Notes: generated by a model not told the origin, from the sequence alone. A stretch of DNA of 64,000 nucleotides from Azolla caroliniana (GCA_043228905.1 JBHGNT010000016.1:6882001-6946000); one strand, 5' to 3'. Counted from the first letter of the stretch, positions 44,283-59,165 are shown. A program made the numbers and translations.

Positions 44283-45146
44283 TACATAGACAAGAGAGGA
44301 CTTGAACTAATAAACCCTACCTTATGACACTCAAAGGTTACCATTTAGCCTATACTAATAATTTACAAAATAATTTATGATTTGAATCAGTATTTTATAG
44401 TCTAAACCATGTAATATAATAAATGCACAAAATTACATGGGCAAAAGAGGACTTGAACCAACAACCTCAACCTTATGACATCCAACCCTTACCATTTAGC
44501 CTCTACTTACAATGTATATAAATATGTGTCTTGTTTTCATTTTAACTAGTATTATATGGTTTAAACCATCAATCGTGCTACATGTGCACCATATAGCACA
44601 CATGCAAGAGCCTCTTTGCATGCGCGCCACATGGCCCACATGTAGAACCATCTCTTCCCTATAAAAGGAGAAGGAAGTATAGACAAAGGCAAGAAATAAG
44701 ATGGAAATGATTATATTGGATCTAGAGAAAGATATATTGTAATAGAGAAAGAGAGAGAAAGGGATTCTTAAAAGAGAAAAGAAGAACTAGCTTGGTGGTG
44801 GTGGTCCTCAACTCGCAACGGAAGGGCGGCGGTTCGAGTCGTATACTTGTCGACAGATAGAAGGGAAGACTATGGTCTACTATCAAGAAAGAGAAGAGCG
44901 ATTACCTTGTGAGACAAAGCTCGAAGGTTCAACGATGCTCACAATCATTTAGTAACTCGTTCATCAAATAATTATAAGTTTCTTTCATTCCTTCAAATAT
45001 CATTCTATATCCCATCTTGGCATATCTTGTTGATCTCTATTTACTCTTTCGTCTCTTCCGTCCATAATCCCAGTGATTCCTTCCTCCCTTTCACGATATC
45101 TTTTGTCTACGCAATGGTACGCTTCTAGGTGAGCCATGCCACGACA
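44116..45146 (+). repeat. 3' LTR of D
   Basis: Preceded by the hairpin 44078-44097 and PPT AGAGGGGGTGGA; has an extra (TA)n tract and a ~35-bp segment absent from the 5' LTR. Confidence 0.95.
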
Positions 45147-48007
45147 ACGTGCAGTTTCTCAATCCAGGAACAAGCCACTCAAGAACTTTGTAAATTTTGT
45201 AATAAAAAAAAATCTCTTCTACGAGCATGGGGCAATTGGTTTCTTGACATGTGTGGCTTAAGACAAAGAAAAGATGTAGCTCAATTGGCAAAATCTTATT
45301 CATGGAAGAAGTATGTTCTAGGTCTAAGTCTATAACAAAGCTTATTCATGGTGATTGGCATATGGCTCAAACTAGATTTTTCGGCTTAGAAATCCAAGCA
45401 AGAGCATGAAAATACAATCAGTTTGCTCAATTTTGGTGGAAATGGGTCCCAAAACTTCATATTGAAGGTATCATAGTTCCGACGCAAAGAGGTATGTGCC
45501 AGGGTTGTAATGAAATTTTGAGAAGACAAATCCAAGCTTTGAACAAAACTTTATGAAGCAATGAAATATTTGAAAATATAAATGCACATATGCACACACA
45601 TACACATAATACAGCTAGCCGAAAATACTAAATGAATAAAGTTGATTTCCCAAAAATAGCAGGTGGCAAAAGTGACATCTTTTGAGCTTGTTGACATCAA
45701 CGATTGAAGCCTCCTCCCATCCTCTTTGGTTTAAGAACTTGGTGGTCTCATTCACATTTCACTCACACTCACGTATTTTCACAACATCTTTCACGTATGA
45801 GCTTGGGATCCTCTTTGATATCTAGACTCATTTCTCAACATATATACACCAGATAGATGTCACCATCTAGCTCGATGTAATGTGACAATACTTCATCGTC
45901 TTGCATATGCTAGTACTCATATGACTAGGCGATGGGGTTGGTTTCTCTCTTTGTCCACTAAGGTTCCTAATGGGAGGGCACTTCCCCTGTTGCAAACACA
46001 ACTGTTTCGTTCCTAATTTCCTTGAAAAGAGAGGGAAGACGAGTTGAATCTATTTCCTTTGTCCCCTCAAGACCATATCATGTAGTCACAAGATCCCAAA
46101 GAGTAGGTAACTCGAATAGTAATCAAGAGGAAAATGAAACAAAACCCCATAAAGAGTTCAAGGTCCTCTAATAAAATTGGTTCAATATCTAATGTTCATT
46201 GCAATTACTCATGACCCACAACAAAGAGATAATGAAGCAATGTTCAACATAGTCTTATCCTTTCACCATACAACTTAGTTGAATCCTTGCACTACAAATT
46301 TGCAAGATGTGAAACTGTGCAACATGTCGAGTACATGGAAACCAAGCTACCTTGACATAGGTTGAAACAAGAGCCACCAATCTCAACACATCAAACCACT
46401 CATTGAATGAGTAAGCTCAAATGGATTTTGTGCCTTGCTAAGAAAAAAAATTGGAAAAACCTAAGATTGATGTAGCTTTACTCTAGGAAATCATATAACT
46501 TAAGGTGTCCTTGCCAGTGACGTGTGTAGGATGGTAGGGCTCCCAGTTGGAGATAACGCAAACTTTGAGTGAATCTTGACTCAATTGGTGGAGCTCATCA
46601 TGGAGCATAGATATCATGGACAAGTACATGCATTGGCTACTACATGCGCCCTTGTGTAACAGTCAAATTCACTAATGGATAAATGATAGTTCCATGGAGC
46701 ATAGATTTCAATCTATCTGGAAATTGTATTGATTGTTAACTCTTGTAAGATAGGTAAATGGAATATTTGTCATTTGGATTCATGTTTGAGATAAAGATGC
46801 TGCAACTTCCATAATTAATATGAATGTTAACTTTGAATGGATTCCTCAATTATTTGTCGTGCTAAGTGTGTTTTTCCTAAAAATGACACTTACCTTGTTT
46901 ATATACCACAATTTTATAGCACAGATGGTACCATAAAATATATGGTACACATGACATGTTTAGGCATCATTTGGTTTTCGTAAACCCTCATTAATCTTCA
47001 AAGACTTTTATCATATGATCATTCGATATACTTGTTTTCCCTCTTTGTAAGGGACCGTACCTCATAGGGCACATGTCAAAATCTAGAGGCTTTCTTGGCA
47101 TTTACTCCAAAATGATGTAACTAATTTTACCTTGTACATCTTGGGAACGTTTGTTTTTCATTGAAATATGCCACAATCTAAACTAGTCCTAATCTTTTAA
47201 AGAGCAATTGTTTTCATTTCCAACAATTGGGTTGTGTTAAAAATGTCAATGTCAATTTGATGCAAGCCACAAGTTTTCATGATCTTGCTAACATTGGCTT
47301 TTTAAGGGCAATACTATCCTTTTCAACCCTTGGGTTGTGGGGAACACGTCAATATCAATTTCGTAAAGCCATTTGTTTTGACGGGCAATTTGTTAGTGTG
47401 TTATCATCTCAAACTAAATTTATCGCAAGTTTTTATTATATATCATTTGTGACATCAAACTTGTTCCTCTCGGGACTTGAGACCACGACTATATGTTACA
47501 AAAGCAAGCATAAGAGTTTACGTTCGTACCCTCTAACTTATATATTCACCAGAATCTCGATTTATGCAAACTTACAAGTACTTTGGGGCCTATAAGCAAT
47601 AATTTGTGGAGACTTCTTTTTAAAGTTTCTTATACGACGTGTAAAGAATATGTGTTTTACGTGTTGTGCTTAACCATGCACTTGATATCATCCACAAAAT
47701 GCACTATAGTTAGTCGTCCTCGTACATGTTTGTTTCGGATAAGCGAGATGTTCATATGTCCATGTGGAACCCTATATCTTTGTCGAACCACTCTCTCGTA
47801 ATCTAAACACACAAACAAGCAAAGAAACTGATTGCAAAAATGGGGAATTTTAAACAAGGAATTTATTCATGGCACTCAAAACAATGGCAATACTACTACT
47901 TCTTTTCTTTTTTTTCTTTGCTTAAGTCATTGAGAATGAAGGAAAACCAAAAAAACTAATGTCAAGAAAGAAAGAAAAGAAAAGAAAAGCCTATATAATG
48001 TCAAGAC

Positions 48008-51000
48008 TCAAGAGAAGCAAAGGCGGCGAGATGTCGAAAACCCGCCGTCAAGCACGAGGCTATGGCCATTGACAAAGCGGCTCTCGTCGGACGCCAGGAA
48101 GAGTGCGGCATTGGCGACATCCCTCGGGGTTAGCGTGCCGACCCCTTGGAGCGGGACATTGGAGGGCCCATACGCAATCCCGGCCACGTGGGCCTCGGTC
48201 GCGCCGGGCATGAACGACCGGAACATGGCCATGACCATAGGGGTGGGCACAAGCCACGGGGAGATGGAATTCACGCGGATCCCGGCCCCGCCCAGCTCCG
48301 CGGCCGCCGTGCGAACCACGCCCAAGAGTGCATGCTTCGCAATCGTGTACGCGTGCACGCTCCCCGTCGCCACATGCGAATTAACACTCCCGGTGCATAT
48401 GATGGAGCCCCCGGGCTTCATCACACGTGCCGCATGCTTCACTCCGTGGACTACACCCGTCACGTTCACGTCGAGCACGTGTGCCATCCCGGACATGTCG
48501 ATCTCGGACACCGCTGACCCGGGCCCGCTGACCCCGGCATTGTTGAACATCACGTGGAGTGCCCCGTGTTGTCCTAGTGTGAAATCAACGAGGGACGAAA
48601 CATCCGACTCGCGGGCCACGTCACAACGGTGAAATGTCGCGGCGCCCCCGATCTCCTTGACCACGCGCTCGCCGGCCTCCACGTCGATGTCCGCGAGCAC
48701 CACCGTTGCCCCCTCAGCCGCCCAAAGCCGGCACGTGGCCTCCCCGATCCCACTCGCCCCACCCGTCACAACTGCCACCTTCCCTTGTAATCTGCATTTA
48801 CATTCATCCCACCAATGTCAAAGTTAACAAGCACAAACAAAACACTATGAGCTTTATAACTAATGCAAGGAAATGTCAAAGTTAACATGCACAAAAACAT
48901 TACAAGCTTTATAACTAATGGAAGGAGAAGGAGTTTTGTTTTTTGGAAAAAAAAAACATTATGAGGTTTAAGTAAGTGGAAACGATTTTGCCCAAATACC
49001 CCTATTTTGTCTTCCAAGTCTCAAAATGCCCTTGGTTATGGTTATGTCTCATCCATATCGGAGGACACAAACTTTGAACTATGTCTTTCTTTCTTTTTCT
49101 AAATTCTGACCGTAGTACCCTTTCGTGAAGGTATTCCTTTTCTGACTTGGTAACCAACATTCTTGATTTGGCGTAATCTTCAAAAAATGTCTCCTATATT
49201 TTTGCTTACGATTGAATTCATAAACCACACTAAAATTCGGCCATAAAGAAAAGGCATACAAGGTGGAAGGATCTCCCCTTTCTTATTAGTCTTCAATGTA
49301 ATAACATTGGAGTAGTAGGACCAAGCAATGAGCTTACAAATACATGGAGTGCATGGGTCACATAAGAAAACTCATTGTTATTTGTATTCATAGCTTACTT
49401 TATCTTAGCTTATTGGTGAAGGAATCAAATCTTGTTTCCTATACACCACTTAGTTGAAGATGTAATTTATCAACAACTTTCCTAGTAGTGGCTACTCCCT
49501 CCCGCCTTGACATATCTTTCAAACAACTTCATCGAGACTTAAAAATTGGGAGTTTCAAGAGAAAAAAATATGGAGGGCGATACATGGATTAGGGTTGTCT
49601 CGTATATTAGCAAATACCCAATTGGTGTTCCTTCACTAACATTCAAAAACTATACCAATTAGGGCTTTCAATATTCTAAATTGATGTTAAAGGACCACAC
49701 TTGTAATCCTTGATACCCCTTAATGATTCTGGAATAGTATGAGATCAACTAGGAAGCCGATTAATGGAAGATAGATTATTGCAGAAGAATCTAGTGTGCC
49801 TCATCATTCACAAGTGCGATACGTTACATGATGCAATTACAAGGACATTGAATATCTAGAACAAATGATCATTGACAAGCTTAGAAACCCATGGACCTCA
49901 CTATATGTAAACCTTTATATTATGCATGTTCAAAACCAAGTTAACAATCCCGTTTTTGTGAATTTTCTAAGAAATAACGAGTTGAGGCTTATATAATGGC
50001 CCCCCTTCTTTGCAACTTTTTTCATGGGGCCCCACATCCTAATATATGGTACCCTTATGAAGAGCATCTAGAGGAATCAAGGAGAACATGGATATCGTTC
50101 ATGGTTCTTCCCATTTCCCTTCAAAAACTACATTATGTTGAATTACAAACAATATAGTGAGTCAATTTAGTTTTCAAATGGAAGTGTTTGCCCTAACCTT
50201 GCATAGTGAGAGAATATTGGAGAGAAAGGAACAAATCTTGTTGAAGTGAAAGGTTCACATAACCAACGAGATCATTGAAAAGGGGCCACATCAAGGTGAA
50301 AGAGATACCTAATTCCCTTGAGAACTAGACCTACAAACCATGTAATCATGAATCATCATTTTCAACATAGCTATAGATATATGGGTGGACTTCATTTCAT
50401 CGGTCTATTGTGACTGGCCCACTGACATATGGTACTACCAAAGCATACAAACATGTCCTCCTTTGCCAAAGATTGGATATTGACGTTTACTCATTGTATT
50501 TTCAAAAAACATGAGCTTGAAAGGCCCTTCTTACGCGCACTATTATGGGAAGGCACCAAAAGAAAAAAAAATGAACGTGGAGCTTCAACACTATGGCTCT
50601 TTTCCTAGAGAACAACATATTTTCGGCAAGCAACAAAGGTAAAAGTTGCACTACTCCTTCCTACTATCGGAGGGGTATATCAAATATTTTCTGAAAAATA
50701 CCAAGGTTGAAGTTGATACTCTTTACTTGGGGTTATATATGACAACTTTGGAGAAATTACGGGCACTCTTTGCTTGGGCAAATATGGACAACTTTTCAAG
50801 GAAATACAAAAATGTGTTACTAACGGTCGAGTGTGTGCCACGCCACTCTTTTCCCCAGAGGAGGCCAAAGGGGAGAGTTGTGTGTATTCTACCGAACGAT
50901 TTCTTTTTTAAAAGTATGTCCGAAGAGAAAGTAAAGGCCGAGACACTCTCCGAAGAGACACGGACCGTATTACTCTACGGACATACGAAAAAATATACTG

Positions 51001-52457
51001 AAGGGCATATGCCGAGATTTCTGAAAAATACGGGACTGCGCCTAAGAATAAACAAAAATGTGAGGGAAATCCCCTTCGGTAGAGAGGCCAAGAATATACT
51101 TCACGAAACCCAAAAGGAAGCCCCCTGATTTTCATTTTCAATTTATTTTTTATTTTTTATTTTTTATTTTTTATTTTTTATTTTCTATCTTTTATTTTTT
51201 ATTTTTTATTTTCTATTTTCTATCTTTTATTTTTTATCTTTTATGTTCTTTTTTATTTTTTATTTTTTATTTTATTTTTTATTTTTTTATTTTGCTATTT
51301 TTTATTTTTTTATTCCGAAAAGATTTTCATTTTAAACTTAAACAAAATGCGTAAGGCTTATTATATTAGTTCTGCCAAAGTCTTTTTAACTGGTCAATTC
51401 ATTATTCAATGAAAAACCATTCATTAGTTTATTTTAAACTAGTAAGTAGTAGATAATGTAGAATTAGAATAAGGATGTCAAGAGTTTTAATTTCATTCTA
51501 CAAAATTGTTCGAATTAATTAAGTAGCACTTTAATTCATAATAATGATAGAGATTTTTGCTTTTATCCAGTATATGCATAGTTGGAAAGAGGGCAGGATG
51601 AGATTAGTCTATAACCACATAATTTGTGAGCAGTGATTAAGAAGCAATTAGTAAGTGATTAATGGATTAATTACATTCTATACGAAATCAGCAAATTAAT
51701 ACTAATTTAGCTCATAACGTGGTAAACTTCGTTCACTCAAGCCTGTAAATTTGCTTTATATATACCCTAGTCAATAGCTCATATGCACTGATTAATGTGG
51801 TGGTAAACTTAATCTAGTCTGGAAGATCATTAATTTAAATTCCATACCTTTTCCCCTGTCCCACCGATTCCTGATGAATTACAGATGATGCAGGCGCATT
51901 AGAGCCACAAAACCCACGTGTTTCCCACCTATAATTACTTCCATACTTCGGAAATCGCCTGCAAAAACAAAAAATATGGGGATCAAAACCTCCAAACGAA
52001 CAGACCAAACAGCATGAAAATTCCCAATCGATTATTTTACAATATCGCATCAAATGAAGTTCATCAGAAATATATATTTAATTTGGGTTTACAAATGTCA
52101 TGCATTTCAAACGATGGGTTATGGATTGATTGGGAAATTTTAATGAATCAATTAGCTAATATCTGAAACACGCAATTAAATCCTGTGCTTAGGTAATTGG
52201 TGGGGGGAATGGTGATTCCAGGTGATTGAATCAATTAATTGAGAAGGATGGAGACACTAATCCAACTATGTGTCTGTGTGTGTGTGTGTGTGAGAGAGAG
52301 AGACAGAGAAAGAGAGAGACAGAGACAGAGAGGGATAGATCCAAACCATAATTAATCTACATAAACCGATTAAGTATTGCGGTTCTTGAGTGGGTGGTAA
52401 TTAATTGGTGGTAATTAATTGGTGGGTTAATTACCTGAGGCTCGCAATCCTGTGCAT
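48008..52457 (-). CDS. Classical short-chain dehydrogenase/reductase (SDR110C-like), 3 exons: 52457-52435, 51958-51848, 48791-48008; 305 aa; probable mitochondrial presequence
   Basis: Two phase-2 GT-AG introns join MHRIASLR|RFPKYGSNYRWETRGFCGS...GQGKR|LQGKVAVVTGGASGIG. Motifs LADID (NAD-type), NNAG, TGS, YTIAK. Reading frame intact. Confidence 0.88.
51128..51330. repeat. Low-complexity (TTTTTA)n tract in SDR intron 2
   Basis: Directly visible. Confidence 0.9.
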
Positions 52458-52466
52458 AATTGGTGG

Positions 52467-52567
52467 TTTAGGGTTTAGGGTTGGATTGGATGGGAATTAT
52501 GCAGAAATTTGTAATCCAACATACAGAGATAAATAGAAAGATAGAAAGAAAGATAGAAAGAAAGAAT

Positions 52568-52618
<51 letters not shown>

Positions 52619-52710
52619 GGTTATGGTTATGGAACTTATGGTTATGGTTATGGTTATGGTTATGGATGAAGAAGAAGAAGAAGGAGGAGGAGGAGGACAG
52701 CTATTATATG
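52467..52710 (-). promoter_or_regulatory. Probable SDR 5' UTR and core promoter: tandem telo-box, microsatellites, TATA-like element
   Basis: AACCCTAAACCCTAAA at 52482-52467; (TTTC)n, (ATCT)n, (CCATAA)n and (CTT)n; CATATAAT near 52703-52710. Confidence 0.55.
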
Positions 52711-52942
52711 GACTTTGAATAATTATTACATGTTACACTAATTACAAGGACATAATAATTGGGGGGGAAGGTTATTTATTTGATTAGTTCAGTTATTAGT
52801 TTTTATTTTTTATTTTAAATTTTAAAAACAAAAATAAATAAATAAATATATATATATATAACATATAGTGTGGTGTTCTTACATGAATGACTTAAATGAA
52901 GAAAGGGAAGGCTCTTGTTGTGTGTGTGTGCAACTAGCAAGT

Positions 52943-52992
<50 letters not shown>

Positions 52993-53119
52993 TGGATCTC
53001 AAGAAAATGTATGTAACTTGGTTCCTAGTCAAACCCCCTCCCAAGGGTGTGTGCATGTGCTCCCACACCTCTTTGTATGTATTGTGGTTATGTGCATTGC
53101 ACAGTATGAATGAATAATT

Positions 53120-53206
53120 ATCATCTATCTATCTATCTATCTATCTATCTATATATATATACGTATGTATGTATGTATGTGTATGTGATGTATGTATGTA
53201 TGCATG

Positions 53207-53240
<34 letters not shown>

Positions 53241-53700
53241 TGTATGTATGTGTGTGTGTATGTATATATGTATGTGTGTGTATGCGTATGTATGTATGTA
53301 TGTGTGTGTATGTATATATGTATGTGTGTGTATGCGTATGTATGTATGCATGCATGCATGTGTGTGTGTGTGTGCGTATGTATGCATGTATGTGTGTATG
53401 TATGTATGTGTGTATGTATGTATGTATGTATGCATGCATGTATGTATGTATGTATGTATGCATGCATGCATGTATGTATGTATGTATGTATGTATGTATG
53501 TATGTATGTATGTATGTATGTGTGTATGTATGTATGTATGTATGCATGCATGTATGTATGTATGTATGTATGTATGTATGTATGTGTGTGTGTGTGTGTA
53601 TTTGTATTTGTATTTGTATTTGTATCCTTGTATTTGCCTTTGTACTTGTACTTTTCTTTGTATTTGTACTTTGTACTTGCCTTTGTATTTGTATCTTATC
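53120..53700. repeat. Compound microsatellite (ATCT)n/(TATG)n/(TG)n/(TATTTG)n
   Basis: Directly visible; it explains the YVCM and HTYI ORFs. Confidence 0.97.
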
Positions 53701-54081
53701 CTGTGTGTGATTTTGTACATATCTCATTCATACATGACGGCTTCACATCCTCTACCTCGTGAAGACATAGTAGTTTAGTTGGTTTACAGCATGAGGATAC
53801 CAACAACCTCTACGAGTTGGTGGGGGACGCCCCTAGGGCAATTGACCCCCCCCCCCCCCCCTCCCCTTTTTACGATGCATGTGCCCTACAATATTGACAT
53901 CCGAACTTGTTGCCATTTTATAACCCCAACAATTGCCAAGTTGGGAATTTCGTAAAGGGTGCAAAGGTAGTATTTCACTAGAAAACATTAATGAACTTAC
54001 AAACATATACCCCGCGGGCCGCAACATACACATACCTCATACATGTAAGTGTATGTCTCAAGAGAAACCTAGTCCTAAAAG

Positions 54082-54117
<36 letters not shown>

Positions 54118-54410
54118 TATATATACATATTAGTCAAGCAAGGAGATATACTATTGAGTATATGTACACATGTATTGATCTATTATATCTATACATACTC
54201 GCTTGTGATCTGTACAATTTTAGATCTACGCATACCCCCTTGTGATCTAGCACAAAAATGCACTTATTCTTTCATAATTTCATTATCATATGGCCTTTAA
54301 CTAGAGTCGGTGATATCTCTTATTCTCAAAGCTCACTTCAATTGTCTTGACATAGAAATCCTACCAAGGGAGTTAGTTGATTTGTCACATTAGCTAAACA
54401 AAGAACTATG

Positions 54411-54536
<126 letters not shown>

Positions 54537-57500
54537 GATATATTAACGTCTTCTAAGACCAAATTGAGAGAGAGAGACAAATGGTTAGGCATGTATGCAA
54601 TTAATGAAAATTGAATTGAGTGCATTGGTTTATACATGAAAACATGGCAAACTAGGGGTACAATAGAGAGAGAGGGAGGGAGGGAGAACTCAAATGCAAT
54701 ATCAAACTTCAATAGCTCGTTAACTTTTGTAGGTTGGAGTTAGTCACTTATACGTTGAGTTCTAGAATGGTGTTCCATGTGTTAAATATTTATTCCTTAA
54801 TCCATTGACATTTGGCTCTAATAAAGTCAAATTACTATTAATTGTCGTGGTGTGCTTTGGTCTGATGATCCTTTGTCAAGATTGAGTTAGGTGCTCTAAT
54901 AAGTTGATAATAGTTCTTAGGCCGTAGTAGTTGTAATTATGTGATCACAACCATACGATCAAAGGAAAGATGAAGGGATAGGACACAAACATATGAAAAT
55001 GAGTATCACTTGAGTAGTGCCTTTCAGATCTCGTTGAATGGAGTTAAGTCTCCATGTGCTTGATGCCTCCCAAAATGGAATGAAGTCAAATTGGTTATTC
55101 ATGCTTGACTCTACAACAAGACACTTGTATTTCCTTGATTTTGAATTTCACTTACCATTCTTGTAGTTTCCTTTTGATCTGTTAAATGAAGAAACCTGGC
55201 AATCGAACATGGCATGGATGCATGTGCAACCTTGAAGGAAGACTAGGCCATGGTTGGATTCATGCTATACTAGCACGATTAAAGTATCAATTTTCACCTT
55301 TCATAGACCTGGAAAGTTGTCTTTTGCCACCAAAGCATTTCCCAAACATTGATAGGATGTGACATTCTCTCTTTCTCTCTTTCTCTCTCTCTCCCTCCCT
55401 CCCTCCCTCTCTCCTCATCAAGCTCGTTATCTTCTTCCACGTGACACCCTCTAGAGTCCTCTTCTCTACATAAATCAATGAATCGAAATAAAAGATAATG
55501 CTTCTACCACACGGAATTGTTCGAAAGGTAGAAAGAAAAATAGCACCTCCTCTAATTTTATATAATGTGAATAGGCCAATTGAAATGTGAGACTTGTGAT
55601 CAGACAACGACATTTCTTATATAATTAGTGTGGGTACATATTGGATTAGATTGCTAGATAATGTTATGTCCTACACCACTTCACACTTAAGTTACAAACT
55701 TCTAGCTTAGGTAACTGCATTTCACTCTAGGAGGGATGCAATATTTTAGTAGTACCATCATGAGGATGGAGACCGACAACTCAATCCGCATGTAAAAGTC
55801 ACATTTCCTTGGTTGCACGTTGTCCCAAACATGGAAAGGGAATCGTGGCCATGAGTATCAAACCATTACATTGACACAGAAATGAAAACATGGTTTTGTG
55901 CTCCAAATAATGATCCAGTGCTTGTATTTGGATATAGAGATTAAAATGGGGTAGTGTGCTATTGATTTGGAAAATGTTAAGTTGTGAAGTGTCTCATTAT
56001 TCAACCTAAAAAGTTTAGCCTTGTTTCTATTACATGGTGCGTTATAGTGTGCACAAATCTATATAATGCTTAAAGAAATTCAACTCGGTCTATATCATCT
56101 TTCAAAAAGGAATGGTCTAACAATGTGTTTAACATAACGGCAATATTGTGAGCGAGATTCTTTCTATCCATTTGACGATCCAATATTTATAACCACAATT
56201 CTTATTTTTAAAACAAACTATAATACATAGTTTATTATCTGGTAATGTCAAACAAATTATGCAACATTATATAATAAGTTGAGGCAATGTGTTTCCCAAA
56301 GTACCAAACATTCTACTCAAAATAATAGGTTCAAAATGTGCATATTTTACTAAATGTGTATTGGATATAGAGCATTTAATGCACATGCATAACACAACTA
56401 CAACATGCACAATAAAGAACCAAGTTAAGATTGTCAGCAAACTAAAATAACAATCTAGGGAAGGATGCAACATCGCTTATACAAATTCTTTTTCACATAA
56501 ACATGATTACGCTCCACACCTTCCACAAGTAACTAGATTGGAGTCAATGCATATATTCCGCACTCCTAAACATTTGCGATTTTCAATGTTCGCCTCATCT
56601 ACATGTGGGGTGGTGGATGTAAAGTTAATAGTCAATGTCACAAGCAAGTTAAGAATAAGCGTTTAATGATCTAATTTCACAAGCGTACCAACATAAACTA
56701 CTCAATATCCATAGCTCTTAGGTTCAAAATGAAACAACCCTAAATTGTGGTTTCCATTTGAATATGAAATATTGTTATCTATAGATCAAAAGAAAAATGC
56801 TTCTATAACAAGACCTAATTGTATGTATCCCTACACCATTTTAAGATATGAAGAAGTGTCATGTAGATGGAGTTGTGCTTGTTTTGCTCAATAAGCTAGA
56901 AACCAACACGACACACACACATAAATATATATAAATATCCTAAGTTACTTGAGGTTTTGACAATTCACATTATTGATGAAGTTCCAATATGTGAATAAAA
57001 TAACAACATCATAATCGAAAAAAATCTTCAATGCATGTTTTTATAGCAAGCCAAAAAAATTCTTGTTTTACCCAACGAGATTGAAAATAACACAACGTGA
57101 TGCATATATACATATAGTAGCATCCAAAATAGAGCTCAGTAAGTTATTTCAGGCTTCTGACAATACACATAATTGATTATCCTTTAAAACGTGAGTACGA
57201 TACTGAAAACATAACAAAAGAACTCATCAATGTCGTGACTAGTTTATAGTGGAGGTTGAGCAACATCCGAAACGCATATGTTCAAGTAACTTGGTATAAC
57301 TAAAGCAACACAAAGAGAAACAGAAATGTTGGTAAGCTTGGAGCTTTAGAAAAGCCATCCCCATATGATTTCAAAAAAGCCTTTATGTCTATTATCCAAA
57401 AAATGCTTTAAAGAGCATCTTATGGGTGGGACCTATAAACAATCGTCTTCGACTCATCTCATCTTGCATCCATAACCGTATGGTTGTCATCTTCATCTCG

Positions 57501-57649
57501 CTTTGCATCATCAACTAACAATTATGTTGCAAACTTGTGCTATTCCCTTTCTTGCCCAATTTTTGTATCCTCACCTTACCACCATCATGTTTCTCCTACA
57601 TCACACAATCCTCTCATGATCATGAGTAAAAACTTTTAAGTGCTTGAAA

Positions 57650-58080
57650 ATGTTTAATGTTTCAAATTATATCAAGAGAGAGACAAATGAGCCCAGCACC
57701 CCAAAATTGCTTCTTCACCTCGTAACCATAAGTAAAGATATTCACTTGACAATGTTTCATGTTTCTTGGTACAACATAGAGAGAGAGAGAGAGAGAGAAT
57801 CAATAAGATTTGAGAGATCCTATCAAACCCACAATCATAAGTAAAGACATTTGATTGACAATGTTTCATGTTTCCTAGTACAACATGAGAGAGGTAAGAT
57901 TTTAGAGATCGTATCATCACATCACAATCATAAGAAAAAACATTCACTTGGCAATGTTTCATGATTCCTAGTATGACATGAGAAAGAGACACCATGTTTC
58001 ATCTATATATAAAATCATCTATCACAAACATTTTATTGACAGTTTTCGTGTTTCCTAATACAACACAAGAGAGAAGTAGT
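57650..58080. repeat. Degenerate ~90-110 bp tandem repeat (core TTGACAATGTTTCATGTTTCCTAGTACAACA)
   Basis: Four to five visible copies. Confidence 0.7.
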
Positions 58081-58877
58081 AAATAGTGAGATTTCAACCC
58101 AAGAGTGTGGGTTAAACGAAACATAGTTTACCACTAGGCTATTGGCTAACACGAGAGGGTTGTGTGGAAGTAACAATTTGAACCCACAACCTTCTGTTGA
58201 TATCACTGAAAGATATGATGTAAGTTGCTTATATTTTCTTTGTGTTCCATGCTTTCTCTTTAATGTGAGATGAGCGGTTGGCACACCAAAAGATATATTA
58301 GTATTTTTTTTGCCATCCTTCGAAGTTAAATATGGATGGTGGAACCAAAGCTAAACATTTACACACTGTGTGTGGAGTTGATAATGACTCACCCTTGACA
58401 TTATTATGAACATTGTAAGTGCATATTGTGTTTGAGAGAGGAATATGAGCACCAATAGGTTTGGTTTTAAAATGTGGGGAAAGCAAGCTTGAATGTGATT
58501 GATGGTGGAGCATTATTACACAGTTTGATATTGAGACTCACAAGCTAGCTTGGGGATAAATATGAATAATTGATAAGTGTCCTCATTGATACCCTAATGT
58601 GCCATTTCACTTGAAGAGCCTAGGGGGTAATTCATTTTGAAGTATGTGGATTGCAAATGAGGGAATTGACTATAGCATGTATGGGTGAGTACAATCATTT
58701 ACCCATTTAGAGAACAAGATAGTTTAATGGTTTGGGGAAACATATGTAGTAGAAGACGTAATATATTGCGTGGAGAAACAAACCATACGTCTCCCAAGAC
58801 ATGCTACATCGACAAAAAATCTCCATTTGTTGATGAAGCTATCAAGCATCTTGAAACAACCGATAGCACATCCATAC

Positions 58878-59165
58878 TCCAAACCATTTCTACATTTCTT
58901 ACATGAACCTAGAACCATCTATATTTTGTGGTTTGGACATAAACTCTAACAAACATGCTATAAAAGTGAGAGGTGGAGATGATAATGATAACAACGGTGA
59001 TTATATATATTAGAGTTCTCAAGAGGCTCATAATATATATAATCACCATGGCATGATATTCCAAACCGTTTTTATGAATCTTACATGTATCTGGAACCAT
59101 ATGTATTTTGTGGTTCGGACATAAACTTTAACACATTCTATAAAAGAAGAGGGGGGAAATGACCA
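58878..59165. repeat. Direct repeat pair (~105 bp, ~180 bp apart) each containing CTATAAAAG
   Basis: CCAAACC...GAACCAT.T.TATTTTGTGGTT.GGACATAAACT...CTATAAAAG appears twice. Confidence 0.7.

Larger units (their letters stand above)
37447..45146 (+). mobile_element. Complete but decayed AT-rich Ty3/gypsy element 'D', same lineage as A
   Basis: Two LTRs, PBS, gag-PR, pol and PPT; perfect 4-bp ACGT duplication at 37443-46 and 45147-50. Confidence 0.96.

Noticed and set aside
48980-51128. Possible MULE/MITE with 160-aa ORF 50646-51128 in SDR intron 2
   Set aside because: Only scattered short motifs; no convincing TIR pair, TSD or protein motif.
53110-53778. Six long overlapping ORFs (YVCM / HTYI repeats)
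   Set aside because: They are translations of a stop-free (TATG)n microsatellite.
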